From positions 1 through 53,258 of IMG/VR virus record IMGVR_UViG_3300036046_000007: a stretch of 53,258 nt of DNA, one strand, 5' to 3'. This DNA comes from a virus (taxonomy: Duplodnaviria > Caudoviricetes). The first letter of the stretch is position 1. The number at the start of each line of letters is the position of its first letter. Shown piece by piece: positions 18,218 to 26,731 of the stretch. The position numbers and the translations under genes were made by a program. Below the pieces are notes generated by a model that was not told the origin of the DNA, searched no databases, and worked only from the letters and a program-made list of their open reading frames with translations.

Positions 18218-18417
18218 GCCGGTGGCCGATCGTGGGTGATGACCTTCAGGAATGCCCCGGCCATAGCCATCAGGACCAAGGTCACACCAGCCGTGACCCA
18301 TTCCCGTTCGTCGACGAGCTTAATGAGAACGAAGATGGATAGCACGTCCCACATCGAGCAACGCTCGTCGAGCAGATACCAGGCGACGCGGCGCATGAAC
18401 CAGAGCAGCTTCTTCAC
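18214..18417 (-). CDS. small membrane protein
   Basis: 67 aa with two hydrophobic segments, coupled on both sides. Confidence 0.65.
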   Translation of the reverse strand: MKKLLWFMRRVAWYLLDERCSMWDVLSIFVLIKLVDEREWVTAGVTLVLMAMAGAFLKVITHDRPPA

Positions 18418-18983
18418 AGTCCCAGCTTCCCTCGGATATGGGCCAGCGCCTCTTCGCGGCTGCCCTCGAACACTGGCACCTCAGCGGCGCGCAGCCGCTC
18501 CAGCGACTTCTTGACGCCGTTGAACTTGGAGATCGTGTTCTTCTCCTTGACCGGAGGCAGGTCCGGGTTGCGGGCCTTGCGCCGCGCGTTGACGCTGTCG
18601 AGGCATTCCTGGAGCTCGGTGGTCAGCGCCACCACTTCGAGCTCCTGCCCGTTCTCCTGGGCCCACTGGTGTAGGTCCACGTGGCGGTTCACGTCCGCGG
18701 AGATGAGCAGACCCTCGAAGATCACGTCCATGCCCCGGCTGGCGCTTTCCTTGACCAGCTCGAAGATGGTCTCCATCTTGGCGATGGTGTCGCAGCCCCC
18801 ACAGGCCGTCTCGTAGTGGCCGATGATGGCCAGCGAACGGCGCTCGGGATGGGCCATCACGTAGCCGATGGGCTGCTTGCGGCCCTCGACCTTGTGCCGG
18901 AGCTTGGTAGGATACTCGGCCATGATCTGACGCACAAGGTGCGTCTTCCCCGATCCGGACGTGCCACGAATATTGATGATCAC
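18414..18983 (-). CDS. P-loop kinase, probable 5-hmU DNA kinase
   Basis: IINIRGTSGSGKT Walker A, GHYETACGGCDT, VIFEGL; lies between the two transferase paralogs. Confidence 0.82.
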   Translation of the reverse strand: MIINIRGTSGSGKTHLVRQIMAEYPTKLRHKVEGRKQPIGYVMAHPERRSLAIIGHYETACGGCDTIAKMETIFELVKESASRGMDVIFEGLLISADVNRHVDLHQWAQENGQELEVVALTTELQECLDSVNARRKARNPDLPPVKEKNTISKFNGVKKSLERLRAAEVPVFEGSREEALAHIRGKLGL

Positions 18984-19019
18984 AGGGCCACTCCCTTTCT
19001 TGCCTTAACCATGCCGCGC

Positions 19020-19484
19020 TTAGAAGGCGACCGCAATCAGCTTCTTGGCGCAAGCCTTGGTGGCTTGCTCAATCTCACGCACGACATGGTTGAACTCGTT
19101 CGAGCCAGTCTTCATGAAGTTGGGGTCAGCGATCCGGCTCAGGCCGATGAAGGAGCCCAGGGAGACCCACTGCTTGCCCGGCCCAGGGGAAGGACGGATG
19201 CGGGTGAGGCGCTTGTAGTTGCCGCCGTCCATGAAGAGGACCGCGTCAGCCCACTCCAGGTCGTCCTCGGTGATGGCTCGGGAGCGATGGGGCTCCAGGT
19301 CATAGCCCAACCGGGCTGCCGCCTCCCGCATCTTCTTGGCGGCGCGCTCGGGCTTCCACCGCTCGTTCTGCCACGCCTTCAGCGCAGCCTCACGGATCTC
19401 CCAATCGGGGCGCTCTTGGCGCAGGATCGCGGCGCTCAGGGCTGAGCGGTTGATGTTGCCGTGGCAGACGACGAGGACTTTCAT
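19020..19484 (-). CDS. low-molecular-weight phosphotyrosine-phosphatase-like protein
   Basis: VLVVCHGNINRS CX5R(S) loop, HRSRAIT, ADAVLFMD, IADPNF general-acid loop. Confidence 0.85.
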   Translation of the reverse strand: MKVLVVCHGNINRSALSAAILRQERPDWEIREAALKAWQNERWKPERAAKKMREAAARLGYDLEPHRSRAITEDDLEWADAVLFMDGGNYKRLTRIRPSPGPGKQWVSLGSFIGLSRIADPNFMKTGSNEFNHVVREIEQATKACAKKLIAVAF

Positions 19485-19684
19485 ATCATACTTCCCTTGC
19501 ACAGCTCCAGCGCCTGGGCCTCGGTGAAGCCCTCGTTCATGTAGGCGATGAAGAGCGACCGGCGCGCCTTGGCCACCGTCGCGGCATGCTGGGGGATGGC
19601 CCGCATGAACTTCATCTGTGCTTCCAGCGCAGCAAGCAGCTCGTCCGGCTTGGTCGGCAGCGCTGTTACCTTCTCATCACTCAT
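19481..19684 (-). CDS. hypothetical protein
   Basis: 67 aa ending AYMNEGFTEAQALELCK; ATGA coupling. Confidence 0.7.
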   Translation of the reverse strand: MSDEKVTALPTKPDELLAALEAQMKFMRAIPQHAATVAKARRSLFIAYMNEGFTEAQALELCKGSMI

Positions 19685-19815
19685 GACAACCACCATGCAC
19701 CCAAGCCAATTATGGCCAGGACGATACCGATCGTCACCACTGCGTTATAGCAGCCCACAGCCGGGCTGCCCTCTTCGATAACGAGCGGTCCCCACCGCCT
19801 GGGTTCCTCTTTCAT
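19681..19815 (-). CDS. small membrane protein
   Basis: 44 aa with a C-terminal TM helix; ATGA coupling at both ends. Confidence 0.6.
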   Translation of the reverse strand: MKEEPRRWGPLVIEEGSPAVGCYNAVVTIGIVLAIIGLGAWWLS

Positions 19816-20729
19816 GGTCGCCTCTCCTTGAGAACAGCCGCGATGTTGAGCGGCAATTGGTCCTTGGGGATGGTACCGTCGTGCACCGTGCGCCGGTAGC
19901 GCTCCTCCAGCCAGTGGTCGTAGGGCTGGAAGGGGATGATGCCGTTCGGATAGTGGGCAGCCATGTTGTCGATCAAGTCCTGAACCGGCTCGCCTTGGAG
20001 CGCGCGGATCAGGTATCCCTCGCACCAGGTGAAGGCCATTGACAGCAGCTCTGGGTCCATCGTCCCAGGGAAGTGCCTGAACTCGATCGTGTCGGTCTCG
20101 CGCAGCTGCCGCACGTTGACGGAGAGCCGGGGCTGAAGGTGCATCTGTGGCACCCCAGCCTGGGAGCAGGGGGCCTCGGCACGGAAGAAGTCCTCGACCG
20201 TCTCGGCGGCGAGTTGCCGCGCCACCCGATCAGGCTTGAGGAGGGTCTGGTGGCTGGCCCGCATGCGCCGGAGGCGACGCTTCCACCCCTGGGTGTAGCC
20301 GGGCATCTTCTCCTGGGCCTCGATCTTGGGCAGCACCAACGGCTCGATCACCGGCAATGCCTTGGGCATCCACTCATGGATATGGGTCTGCACCCGCTTG
20401 AGGGTCTCCAGGTCGTCCCTAAGCCCAGGGACACGAATGTGCAGGTGGAGGTTGGACCGATAGTTGATCGTGGCCTCTGGGTAGAGCTCCTGTAGCTCTC
20501 GCATACAGGCCATCTGGCCCTCGATCGTGCTGGTGGGCGGCGTGTTGATCTCCCCACCGCGCTGGTGCAGCCGGTCCTTGGGGTCGTTGGCCACCCCGGT
20601 CGAGTTGACAATCGTGATGTCCTTGCGGTCGCGACCGTAGCCGGGCGGCAGCGGGCGGGTGGTGTCCCAGTCGGCCCACTCGTGCTCCGCGCCGTAGGTC
20701 CAGTTGCCGACGTTGCGATCCCAGCTCAT
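19812..20729 (-). CDS. COOH-NH2 ligase (Amidoligase_2, glutamine synthetase/glutamate-cysteine ligase fold)
   Basis: TYGAEHE, GGEINTPP, NLHLHI, SVN and TIEFRHFPGT motifs in the expected order; ATGA-coupled to the flavin enzyme. Confidence 0.8.
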   Translation of the reverse strand: MSWDRNVGNWTYGAEHEWADWDTTRPLPPGYGRDRKDITIVNSTGVANDPKDRLHQRGGEINTPPTSTIEGQMACMRELQELYPEATINYRSNLHLHIRVPGLRDDLETLKRVQTHIHEWMPKALPVIEPLVLPKIEAQEKMPGYTQGWKRRLRRMRASHQTLLKPDRVARQLAAETVEDFFRAEAPCSQAGVPQMHLQPRLSVNVRQLRETDTIEFRHFPGTMDPELLSMAFTWCEGYLIRALQGEPVQDLIDNMAAHYPNGIIPFQPYDHWLEERYRRTVHDGTIPKDQLPLNIAAVLKERRP

Positions 20730-21604
20730 CCAAGTCTCCGTGCAATCTCGTGCGCCGCCCAGCCTGCCGCCAGGGTGCCGTTCTTCGCGCCACCCGACGC
20801 GGCCCATAGCCCCGGCCCCACCTCCTGAAGGAGGCAGGGCTTGTGGCCCTTGGCGTAGGGCCGGATGCCGTGGAGCAAGCGCGCTCCGTCATTGGGCGTC
20901 AAGCCCAGGGGGCTGAGCAACCCATCAGCGAAGTGTCGCTCACGCTCATACACCGTCCGGGTGCGGTCGTCGTCCCAATTCTCAGCCTTGATGGCGGTGC
21001 CGTCGCCGATCCACATGCCGTCGCCCCGGTCGAAGCCTACCAGCTGGCGGTAGGGAGCCCACACCTTGATCTTCCCGCGCGGCGGGTGGTGGTCGGGGAA
21101 CAGCAGCGCCATGCCGCGCTGGCCCTGCTGGCGCACCTGGGGCAACAGCCGCTCAGTCCAGATGCCAGCCGCCACCACGATGTTGCGTGCGAACACACGC
21201 TCCAGAGAGCGCGCCGGGCCGGGGCCAGACACCTCGACAAAGCGGCCCCCGTCCATCTTCTCGCCCACCCTGGTCACCGACCAATGCTCCGTCGGCCCTG
21301 CCAGGATCTTCGCCGGGTCACACCAGTGCACGGTCGCCTCAGCCAGTTTCCCGGTCTTGCCGACCGCTACGTCGAAGGGCAGATCCTTCACCCCGTAGAG
21401 GCGGTCCAGGAGGGCCAGGGAGGGCTCATAGACGTCCTTGCCCAGGGCGCTGAACCAGCTCGGCTTCATGAGGCAGGCAGCGGGCCTGGAGCCTGCCATC
21501 GGTTCACGATTGTCGAGCACCCGAACCTCTTGCCCCTGGGCACGCAGCTCAGCAGCGATGATCTGGCCGAACAGGCCCCCACCGATGATGATGGTGTCAG
21601 TCAT
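20726..21604 (-). CDS. FAD-dependent oxidoreductase (DAO-like)
   Basis: IIIGGGLFG Rossmann motif, GSRPAA, VVAAGIW, GIRP, SGGAKNGTL. Confidence 0.9.
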   Translation of the reverse strand: MTDTIIIGGGLFGQIIAAELRAQGQEVRVLDNREPMAGSRPAACLMKPSWFSALGKDVYEPSLALLDRLYGVKDLPFDVAVGKTGKLAEATVHWCDPAKILAGPTEHWSVTRVGEKMDGGRFVEVSGPGPARSLERVFARNIVVAAGIWTERLLPQVRQQGQRGMALLFPDHHPPRGKIKVWAPYRQLVGFDRGDGMWIGDGTAIKAENWDDDRTRTVYERERHFADGLLSPLGLTPNDGARLLHGIRPYAKGHKPCLLQEVGPGLWAASGGAKNGTLAAGWAAHEIARRLG

Positions 21605-22013
21605 TTCCCCTCCAAGTCTGCCGCCCCAAGGTTCCAGCGGCATGTTGTTCCTTGGCGCGCTCAGACAGCAACGAGCGAGTTTCCGCAGAAAAGTCCGGTG
21701 GCCGTCTCGCGTCCCGACGAAGATTAAACATCTCGCCCTTGTATTGATCTAAGAAGGTTTGTTCGCGATCTTTTACCTGTTCCTTGGAGCAGTAGTCCAA
21801 CTCTTCCCACTTAAAGTTACTCTCACCATAAGTCATCCAAGCGAACTGAAGCGCTCGGTTGTGGCCGCACCCGTCATTATAGAGCCGCCAGTGGCGACGT
21901 CTCCTAGCCTCGAGATCAAGCGAACTGCCGATGTAGACCCACCCACTCGTCATGCAAGTGATCTTGTATATGCCAATGCGACGCTGGCGGGGAGGCCTAC
22001 CAATCCTTGGCAT
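21597..22013 (-). mobile_element. free-standing GIY-YIG homing endonuclease
   Basis: GIYKITC...YIGSS..L..R...H...HN..LQ..W..YGE.NF...E...N; lower GC; overlaps both neighbours. Confidence 0.88.
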
Positions 22014-22911
22014 CGGGCCTACCCGCCGGCATTGCATGCAGCATGGAGCGAGCAGTTTCACTATGGGGTGCCCATGTCTCAAGACCTGCACGTATCTCAT
22101 TGATATCATTGTAAGGAGGGTAGTGCCCGTTGAGCATAGACTTCCACTTGCAGAGGATAGTCTCGATCTCCTGAAGAGCCACCGCGCGCTCGTGCCGGGG
22201 CGGGGCGGTGTGGGCCTTGAAGTGCTCGGTCAGGTGCGCCACGACGTTGTCGATGATGAGGTGCTTGGTCGCCTCGTCCTTGGGCTCAGCGTTGTCCGGC
22301 AGGTTCTCGTGGGCGCGCCACAGCCGGAGCGCGGCCTTGACCGGGTCGGCGAACATGAAGACCGACGCCTTGTCGAAGTCGATGGGGGCGATGCCCAGGC
22401 GGTCGAGCATGTCGCAGACCTTGAAGGCGATCCAGGGGCCGAACAGCGGCAGCCCCTTGGCGCGCGCGGCCACCTCGGCGAAGGGCTGGGGCCGGGCGGT
22501 CACCGGCACGATGTGATTGGGCGGGATGCCGTAGGCGATGTCGTGCACGGCCCGCTCCGGCATGTCTTGGAAGCGGGCGCGCAGGCGCTGCACCGCGTCC
22601 ATGGCTGCCTTGCCCCGGAAGTGCCGCCGCTCGCTGCCCCTGGGCCACCGACCCCCATCGGGAGCCGGGGTCACGTTGGCGGCGGCGGTCGCCATGGCAC
22701 CCCAGAAGCCGTCGCCCTGGTGCTCGCTGATGAAGCTGGCCGCGCCGCAGTGGTAGAAGCACCAGTAGGCCAGAAGCCACCGCTCCAGGTGGGCCGGGTC
22801 GGCCCACTCCATCTTGTCGAGCGCGATATAGACAGGGTCCAGGTCACCGCTGTCCAGCAGGTGCTTCCCGAACTCATAGATGTCAAGACGGGGGTAGTTA
22901 CGTTTCGCCAT
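21997..22911 (-). CDS. aGPT-Pplase2-type amino acid:DNA transferase
   Basis: NYPRLDI...SGDLDPVY, RWLLAYWCFYH, WPRGSERRHFR, FGPWIAFKVCDMLDR, QEIETILCKWKS..NGHY; resembles the M6/PaMx11 transferases as recalled; AGGGAG RBS. Confidence 0.87.
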   Translation of the reverse strand: MAKRNYPRLDIYEFGKHLLDSGDLDPVYIALDKMEWADPAHLERWLLAYWCFYHCGAASFISEHQGDGFWGAMATAAANVTPAPDGGRWPRGSERRHFRGKAAMDAVQRLRARFQDMPERAVHDIAYGIPPNHIVPVTARPQPFAEVAARAKGLPLFGPWIAFKVCDMLDRLGIAPIDFDKASVFMFADPVKAALRLWRAHENLPDNAEPKDEATKHLIIDNVVAHLTEHFKAHTAPPRHERAVALQEIETILCKWKSMLNGHYPPYNDINEIRAGLETWAPHSETARSMLHAMPAGRPDAKDW

Positions 22912-23015
22912 CGGCTCCCTTTCTGGTCGCGCCTGGGCAGCGGGGGAGGGATCGGGGGGATCGCGGGGCCACCCAGGCGCTCGGTGAGGATGCCTGGGTG
23001 GCGCGCCGAAGGCAA

Positions 23016-23621
23016 TCACTTCTTTCCGGTGTGCACCCAGATCTTGGTAGCATCCGGGTCGAACGGGCCGTCGGTCTGTGCGAGCCCATAGCCGGAGTAG
23101 TAGTGCAGCAGGCGGATGCCCTCATATGCCTGCTTCTCGTTCCAGCCGGTGGCCTTCTGCACCTCGGCGAAGGTCGCGCCGCCCTTCTGGCTGAGCAGGG
23201 CAAGCGCCTTGCCGCGCGCGCTGTCCGCGCGGACCGGCTTCACTTCGCTCTCGGCGGGGAACACGAAGCGCATGCCGCGCTTCTTCTGGGGCTGCTTCTT
23301 GCCCTCGTCCTTGGGCGGAGCGGGCGTCGGCGTAGGAGCCGGGGCCGGAGCCTTCTCGGGCTCGGTGGGGGCTTCCGCCGGGCCGTCGTTATCATATTCC
23401 TGGAGGATGGCCCAGGTGCGGCGCTGGGCAGCGGTGTTGTCGCTGAAGCGCTTGGTGCCGGTGCGGCCCAGGTTGCTGGCCACCAGGTTGTGAAGGCTCA
23501 GGAGCTCGGGGCCAGACATCTTGTCGAGCGGCTGGGCCTCCTGGAACTGCGCGTTCTTGAGGTCCTCGCCGGTCAGGCCGTCGAGCGTGGGGACATATAC
23601 CTTGTGCAGAAACTTGATCAT
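23016..23621 (-). CDS. early protein with C-terminal winged-HTH (DUF3489-like)
   Basis: Pro-rich linker followed by ALALLSQKGGATFAEVQKATGW. Confidence 0.7.
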   Translation of the reverse strand: MIKFLHKVYVPTLDGLTGEDLKNAQFQEAQPLDKMSGPELLSLHNLVASNLGRTGTKRFSDNTAAQRRTWAILQEYDNDGPAEAPTEPEKAPAPAPTPTPAPPKDEGKKQPQKKRGMRFVFPAESEVKPVRADSARGKALALLSQKGGATFAEVQKATGWNEKQAYEGIRLLHYYSGYGLAQTDGPFDPDATKIWVHTGKK

Positions 23622-23666
23622 CAGGATCTCCCTTTATCTGGATCGGGAGCCTTTCCCGATGATCAC

Positions 23667-23695
23667 CTCATACTCTCGCCTTTTCCAAAAGGCAA
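23667..23695 (-). promoter_or_regulatory. sigma70-type promoter TTGCCT-N17-TATGAG upstream of the modification operon
   Basis: Near-duplicate of the 8443-8471 promoter; followed by the hairpin ATCGGGA/TCCCGAT. Confidence 0.75.
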
Positions 23696-23739
23696 GACAT
23701 TTCTGTCGATCTGCTCAATTTTCTTGATGAGGCCCCGGC

Positions 23740-24972
23740 TTACGCCGAGGCCACCATCCGAGGGCGATCGCCGGTCAGGTATTCATGCAGGTCGTCGTAG
23801 CCACCGATCAGCGTCCCGTTGTGATACACCTGCGGGAAGGTCCGATGGCCCTGGGCCTTGAACGCAGCGATCTGCTCCTCGGTCGTATGCTCCTCGATCC
23901 TGTGTGAATGGCCCAGGGAGGCGAGCAGCTCCTGGGCGTGATCGCAGTAAGGGCAGCCGGGCTTGGCCAGCACCAACCAGTCGTCCTTGGGCGCGGCTGG
24001 CGCGTCGAACTCTGCGAATGCATCGTCCCAGGAGCCAGTGACGCTGGCCTTGGCATAGTCGGTCGCTCGGTTCTCGAAGAAGTTGGTGTGCTCCTTGCCG
24101 GAGACGATCACGTCCACCCAGGGCAGCGGGTTGGTCACCACGCCGAATACAGCGGGCAGCCCCAGCTGAGCCAAGCGGCGATCGGCGATGTAGCGAATGT
24201 AGCTCTTGACCTCATCGGCGGTCAAGCCCTCCACCTCGGCTTCGCCATAGGCCAGGTCGATGAAGCGGTCCTCCATCTCGACCATCCGGACGCAAGCGTC
24301 GGTGATGCGCTGCCGGAGCTCCGGCGTCCACAGCTCAGGGTGCTCGTCCAGGAGCGCATGGAACACCTGCACCATGGAGGCCACGTGGTGGCTCTCGTCC
24401 CGGATCGACCAGCTGACGATCTGGCCCATGCCCTTCATCTTGCCGAAGCGGGTGAAGTTGAGCAGGATCACGAAGCTGGCGAACAGCTGAAGCCCCTCGC
24501 CGAAGGCGCTGAACACAGCGATGTCCCGAGCCAGGCCATCCAGTCCGTCACTGGCCTCACTCATGAACTCGTGCTTCTCGCGCATGGCCTGGTAGTCCAT
24601 GAACGCAGCGTATTCCGCCTCCGGCATGCCGATCTCGTCGATGAGCGTCGAGTAGGCCTGAATGTGCACCGCCTCGCGCGCCGCAATCGAGGCCATCATC
24701 ATGCGCAGCTCCACCGGCTTGAACAGCGGCAGGTAGCGGTCGATGTAGCATTCCGCGACGTCCACGTCCGCCTGGGTGAAGAAGCGGAAGATCTGGGTCA
24801 GCAGCCCCTGCTCGTCCGGCGACAGCCGCGTCTTCCAGTCCTGGACGTCCTGGTTGAGCGGCACCTCGCGGGCGAGCCAGTGCATCTGCTCGCTCTCGAC
24901 GAAGGCTTGGTAGGCCCAGGGATACCAGAATGGCTTGTATGCAGCGCGTCGGGCGAACAGGGAAGGTGTCAT
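23740..24972 (-). CDS. nrdB: class Ia ribonucleotide reductase beta subunit fused to a C-terminal glutaredoxin
   Basis: FFTQADVDV, REAVH..AY, GEGLQLFASF, RDESHH, NFFE; then CPYC...TFPQVYHNGTLIGGYDDL. Confidence 0.93.
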   Translation of the reverse strand: MTPSLFARRAAYKPFWYPWAYQAFVESEQMHWLAREVPLNQDVQDWKTRLSPDEQGLLTQIFRFFTQADVDVAECYIDRYLPLFKPVELRMMMASIAAREAVHIQAYSTLIDEIGMPEAEYAAFMDYQAMREKHEFMSEASDGLDGLARDIAVFSAFGEGLQLFASFVILLNFTRFGKMKGMGQIVSWSIRDESHHVASMVQVFHALLDEHPELWTPELRQRITDACVRMVEMEDRFIDLAYGEAEVEGLTADEVKSYIRYIADRRLAQLGLPAVFGVVTNPLPWVDVIVSGKEHTNFFENRATDYAKASVTGSWDDAFAEFDAPAAPKDDWLVLAKPGCPYCDHAQELLASLGHSHRIEEHTTEEQIAAFKAQGHRTFPQVYHNGTLIGGYDDLHEYLTGDRPRMVASA

Positions 24973-24976
24973 GTCA

Positions 24977-26731
24977 TCAGGCCTCACATGCCACGCAGTC
25001 GGACTGGCCGATGGCGGGGGCGTGGCGGACCCGCGTCTCGACGACGGTATTGACAGCCTCAGTGCGCTTCACGCTGGCTGACCGGAGATAGTAGAGCGCC
25101 TTGAGCCCACCCTGCCAAGCCATGAAGTGCAGGCGGTTGAGCTCCTGGGCGGAGACGTTGGCGGGCAGAGCCAGGTTGACCGATTGGCTCTGGCAGATGT
25201 CAGGCTGGCGGTCGATGGCGTGCTGGAGCAGAATGCCTTGGTCATGCTCGATGTGGGTGCGAAACACCAGCTTGTCACGATCCGAGAGGAAGTCCAGGTG
25301 CTGCACCGAGCCCGCGTTGGTCACGATCGACGACCAGACTTCGGGGGTGTCTTGGCCCAGGGAGGCGAGGAGGGTCTGGAGCGCCGGGTTGCGCACCTCG
25401 TGGGTGCCGCTCAGCGTCTTGTGGGCGTAGGCATTGCCGGGCACCGGCTCGGTCGATGGGCTGACGCAGCCGCAGATCAGCGAGCTCGTAGCATTGGGAG
25501 CAATGGCCATGCGGTGGGCGTGGCGCAGGCCGGTCCCCGCCATGTCGGGCGCTTCGCCGCGCTCAGCGGCCAGGCGACGAGACGCGGCTTCAGCGTGCCG
25601 TGCGATCTTGCTGTAGAGCTGCTTGTTCAGGAGCAGCGCACCCTCGTCTTCATAGGTGAGGCCCTCCTGCTGGAGCAGGGTCGCCCAGCCCAGGGTGCCC
25701 AGGCCGATGGAGCGCTCGCTGCGCGCTGAATTGACCGCGCGCCACATTTCCGGCGGGGCCTGCTCGATAAACACGTCGAGCACGTTGTCCAGCATGGTGA
25801 CGATGTCGTCGATGAACTGCTCCGCGACTGGCCCCCACTCGCGCCACTTGGCCATGTTGATCGAGCTGAGGCAGCAGACCGCCGTGCGGTCCGGAGCGGT
25901 GGGTAGAGCAACCTCCGTGCAGAGGTTGGCATGCTGAACGCGCAGGCCCAGGGCCTTGAGCGGCTCGGGCAGCGCGCGATTGGCCGTGTCCGAGAAGAAG
26001 AGATAGGGCTCGCCGGTCTGCACGCGCTTCTGGAGCAGGCGAGACCAGAGCTGGCGCGCGTCGACCGTCCCTTTGATGTTGCCGCTGTTCGGGTCGACCA
26101 GCTGCCATTGGCCCCCGGCGCGGACCGCCTCCATGAAGGCATCCGGGATGCACACACCGTGGTGGAGGTTCTCGTTCTTCCGGTGGACGTCGCCCCCGGT
26201 CGAGGTGCGCATCTCAATGAACTCGATGATCTCGGGATGGCTGATGTCAACGTAGGCTGCTCCCGCGCCGCGCCGCGTCGAGCCCTGGTGATAGGCCAGC
26301 ATCTGGCTGTCCATGACGTGCATGAAGGGCATCAACCCTGGCGTCTCAACGCCCTTGGTCGTCCGTTCGCCTACCGAGCGCACCCGGCCCCAATAGGTGC
26401 CAATGCCGCCGCCATTCGTGGAGAGGAAAGCGTTCTCCTCGAAGTTGGCGGCCAGACCGGAGATGCTGTCGTCGACGAAGTTGAGGAAGCAGCTGATGGG
26501 CAGCCCGCGCGTCGTGCCACCGTTGGAGATGAGCGGAGTGGCATAGCTGAACCACAGCTGTGAGCTGTAATCATACAGCCGCTGAGCCAGAGCCTCGTCG
26601 CCGCCGCTGAACGCGCGGCTGGCGCGGGCGAACACGTCCTGGGTGCCTTCCCCCGGCTGGCAGTAGCGCTCCTGAAGAGTGATCCTCCCGATATCGGTCA
26701 ATAGGTCGTCGCGGCTATGGTCGATCTGCAT
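24977..26731 (-). CDS. nrdA: class Ia ribonucleotide reductase alpha subunit (no ATP cone)
   Basis: ATP..SNGG, LPISCFL, ANLCTE, AIAPNATSS, QSQSVN, GLKALYY, C-terminal CVACEA. Confidence 0.95.
   Translation of the reverse strand: MQIDHSRDDLLTDIGRITLQERYCQPGEGTQDVFARASRAFSGGDEALAQRLYDYSSQLWFSYATPLISNGGTTRGLPISCFLNFVDDSISGLAANFEENAFLSTNGGGIGTYWGRVRSVGERTTKGVETPGLMPFMHVMDSQMLAYHQGSTRRGAGAAYVDISHPEIIEFIEMRTSTGGDVHRKNENLHHGVCIPDAFMEAVRAGGQWQLVDPNSGNIKGTVDARQLWSRLLQKRVQTGEPYLFFSDTANRALPEPLKALGLRVQHANLCTEVALPTAPDRTAVCCLSSINMAKWREWGPVAEQFIDDIVTMLDNVLDVFIEQAPPEMWRAVNSARSERSIGLGTLGWATLLQQEGLTYEDEGALLLNKQLYSKIARHAEAASRRLAAERGEAPDMAGTGLRHAHRMAIAPNATSSLICGCVSPSTEPVPGNAYAHKTLSGTHEVRNPALQTLLASLGQDTPEVWSSIVTNAGSVQHLDFLSDRDKLVFRTHIEHDQGILLQHAIDRQPDICQSQSVNLALPANVSAQELNRLHFMAWQGGLKALYYLRSASVKRTEAVNTVVETRVRHAPAIGQSDCVACEA

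Noticed and set aside
19020-19484. Arsenate reductase
   Set aside because: It lacks the additional redox cysteines of thioredoxin-coupled ArsC and has no ars context.
21597-22013. Group I intron carrying the GIY-YIG gene
   Set aside because: Both flanking genes are complete and overlap the ORF, leaving no room for an intron core.
15296-23015. 7-deazaguanine (dpd/que) or 2-aminoadenine (purZ) modification system
   Set aside because: No FolE, QueC, QueD, QueE, DpdA or PurZ motifs were recognised.
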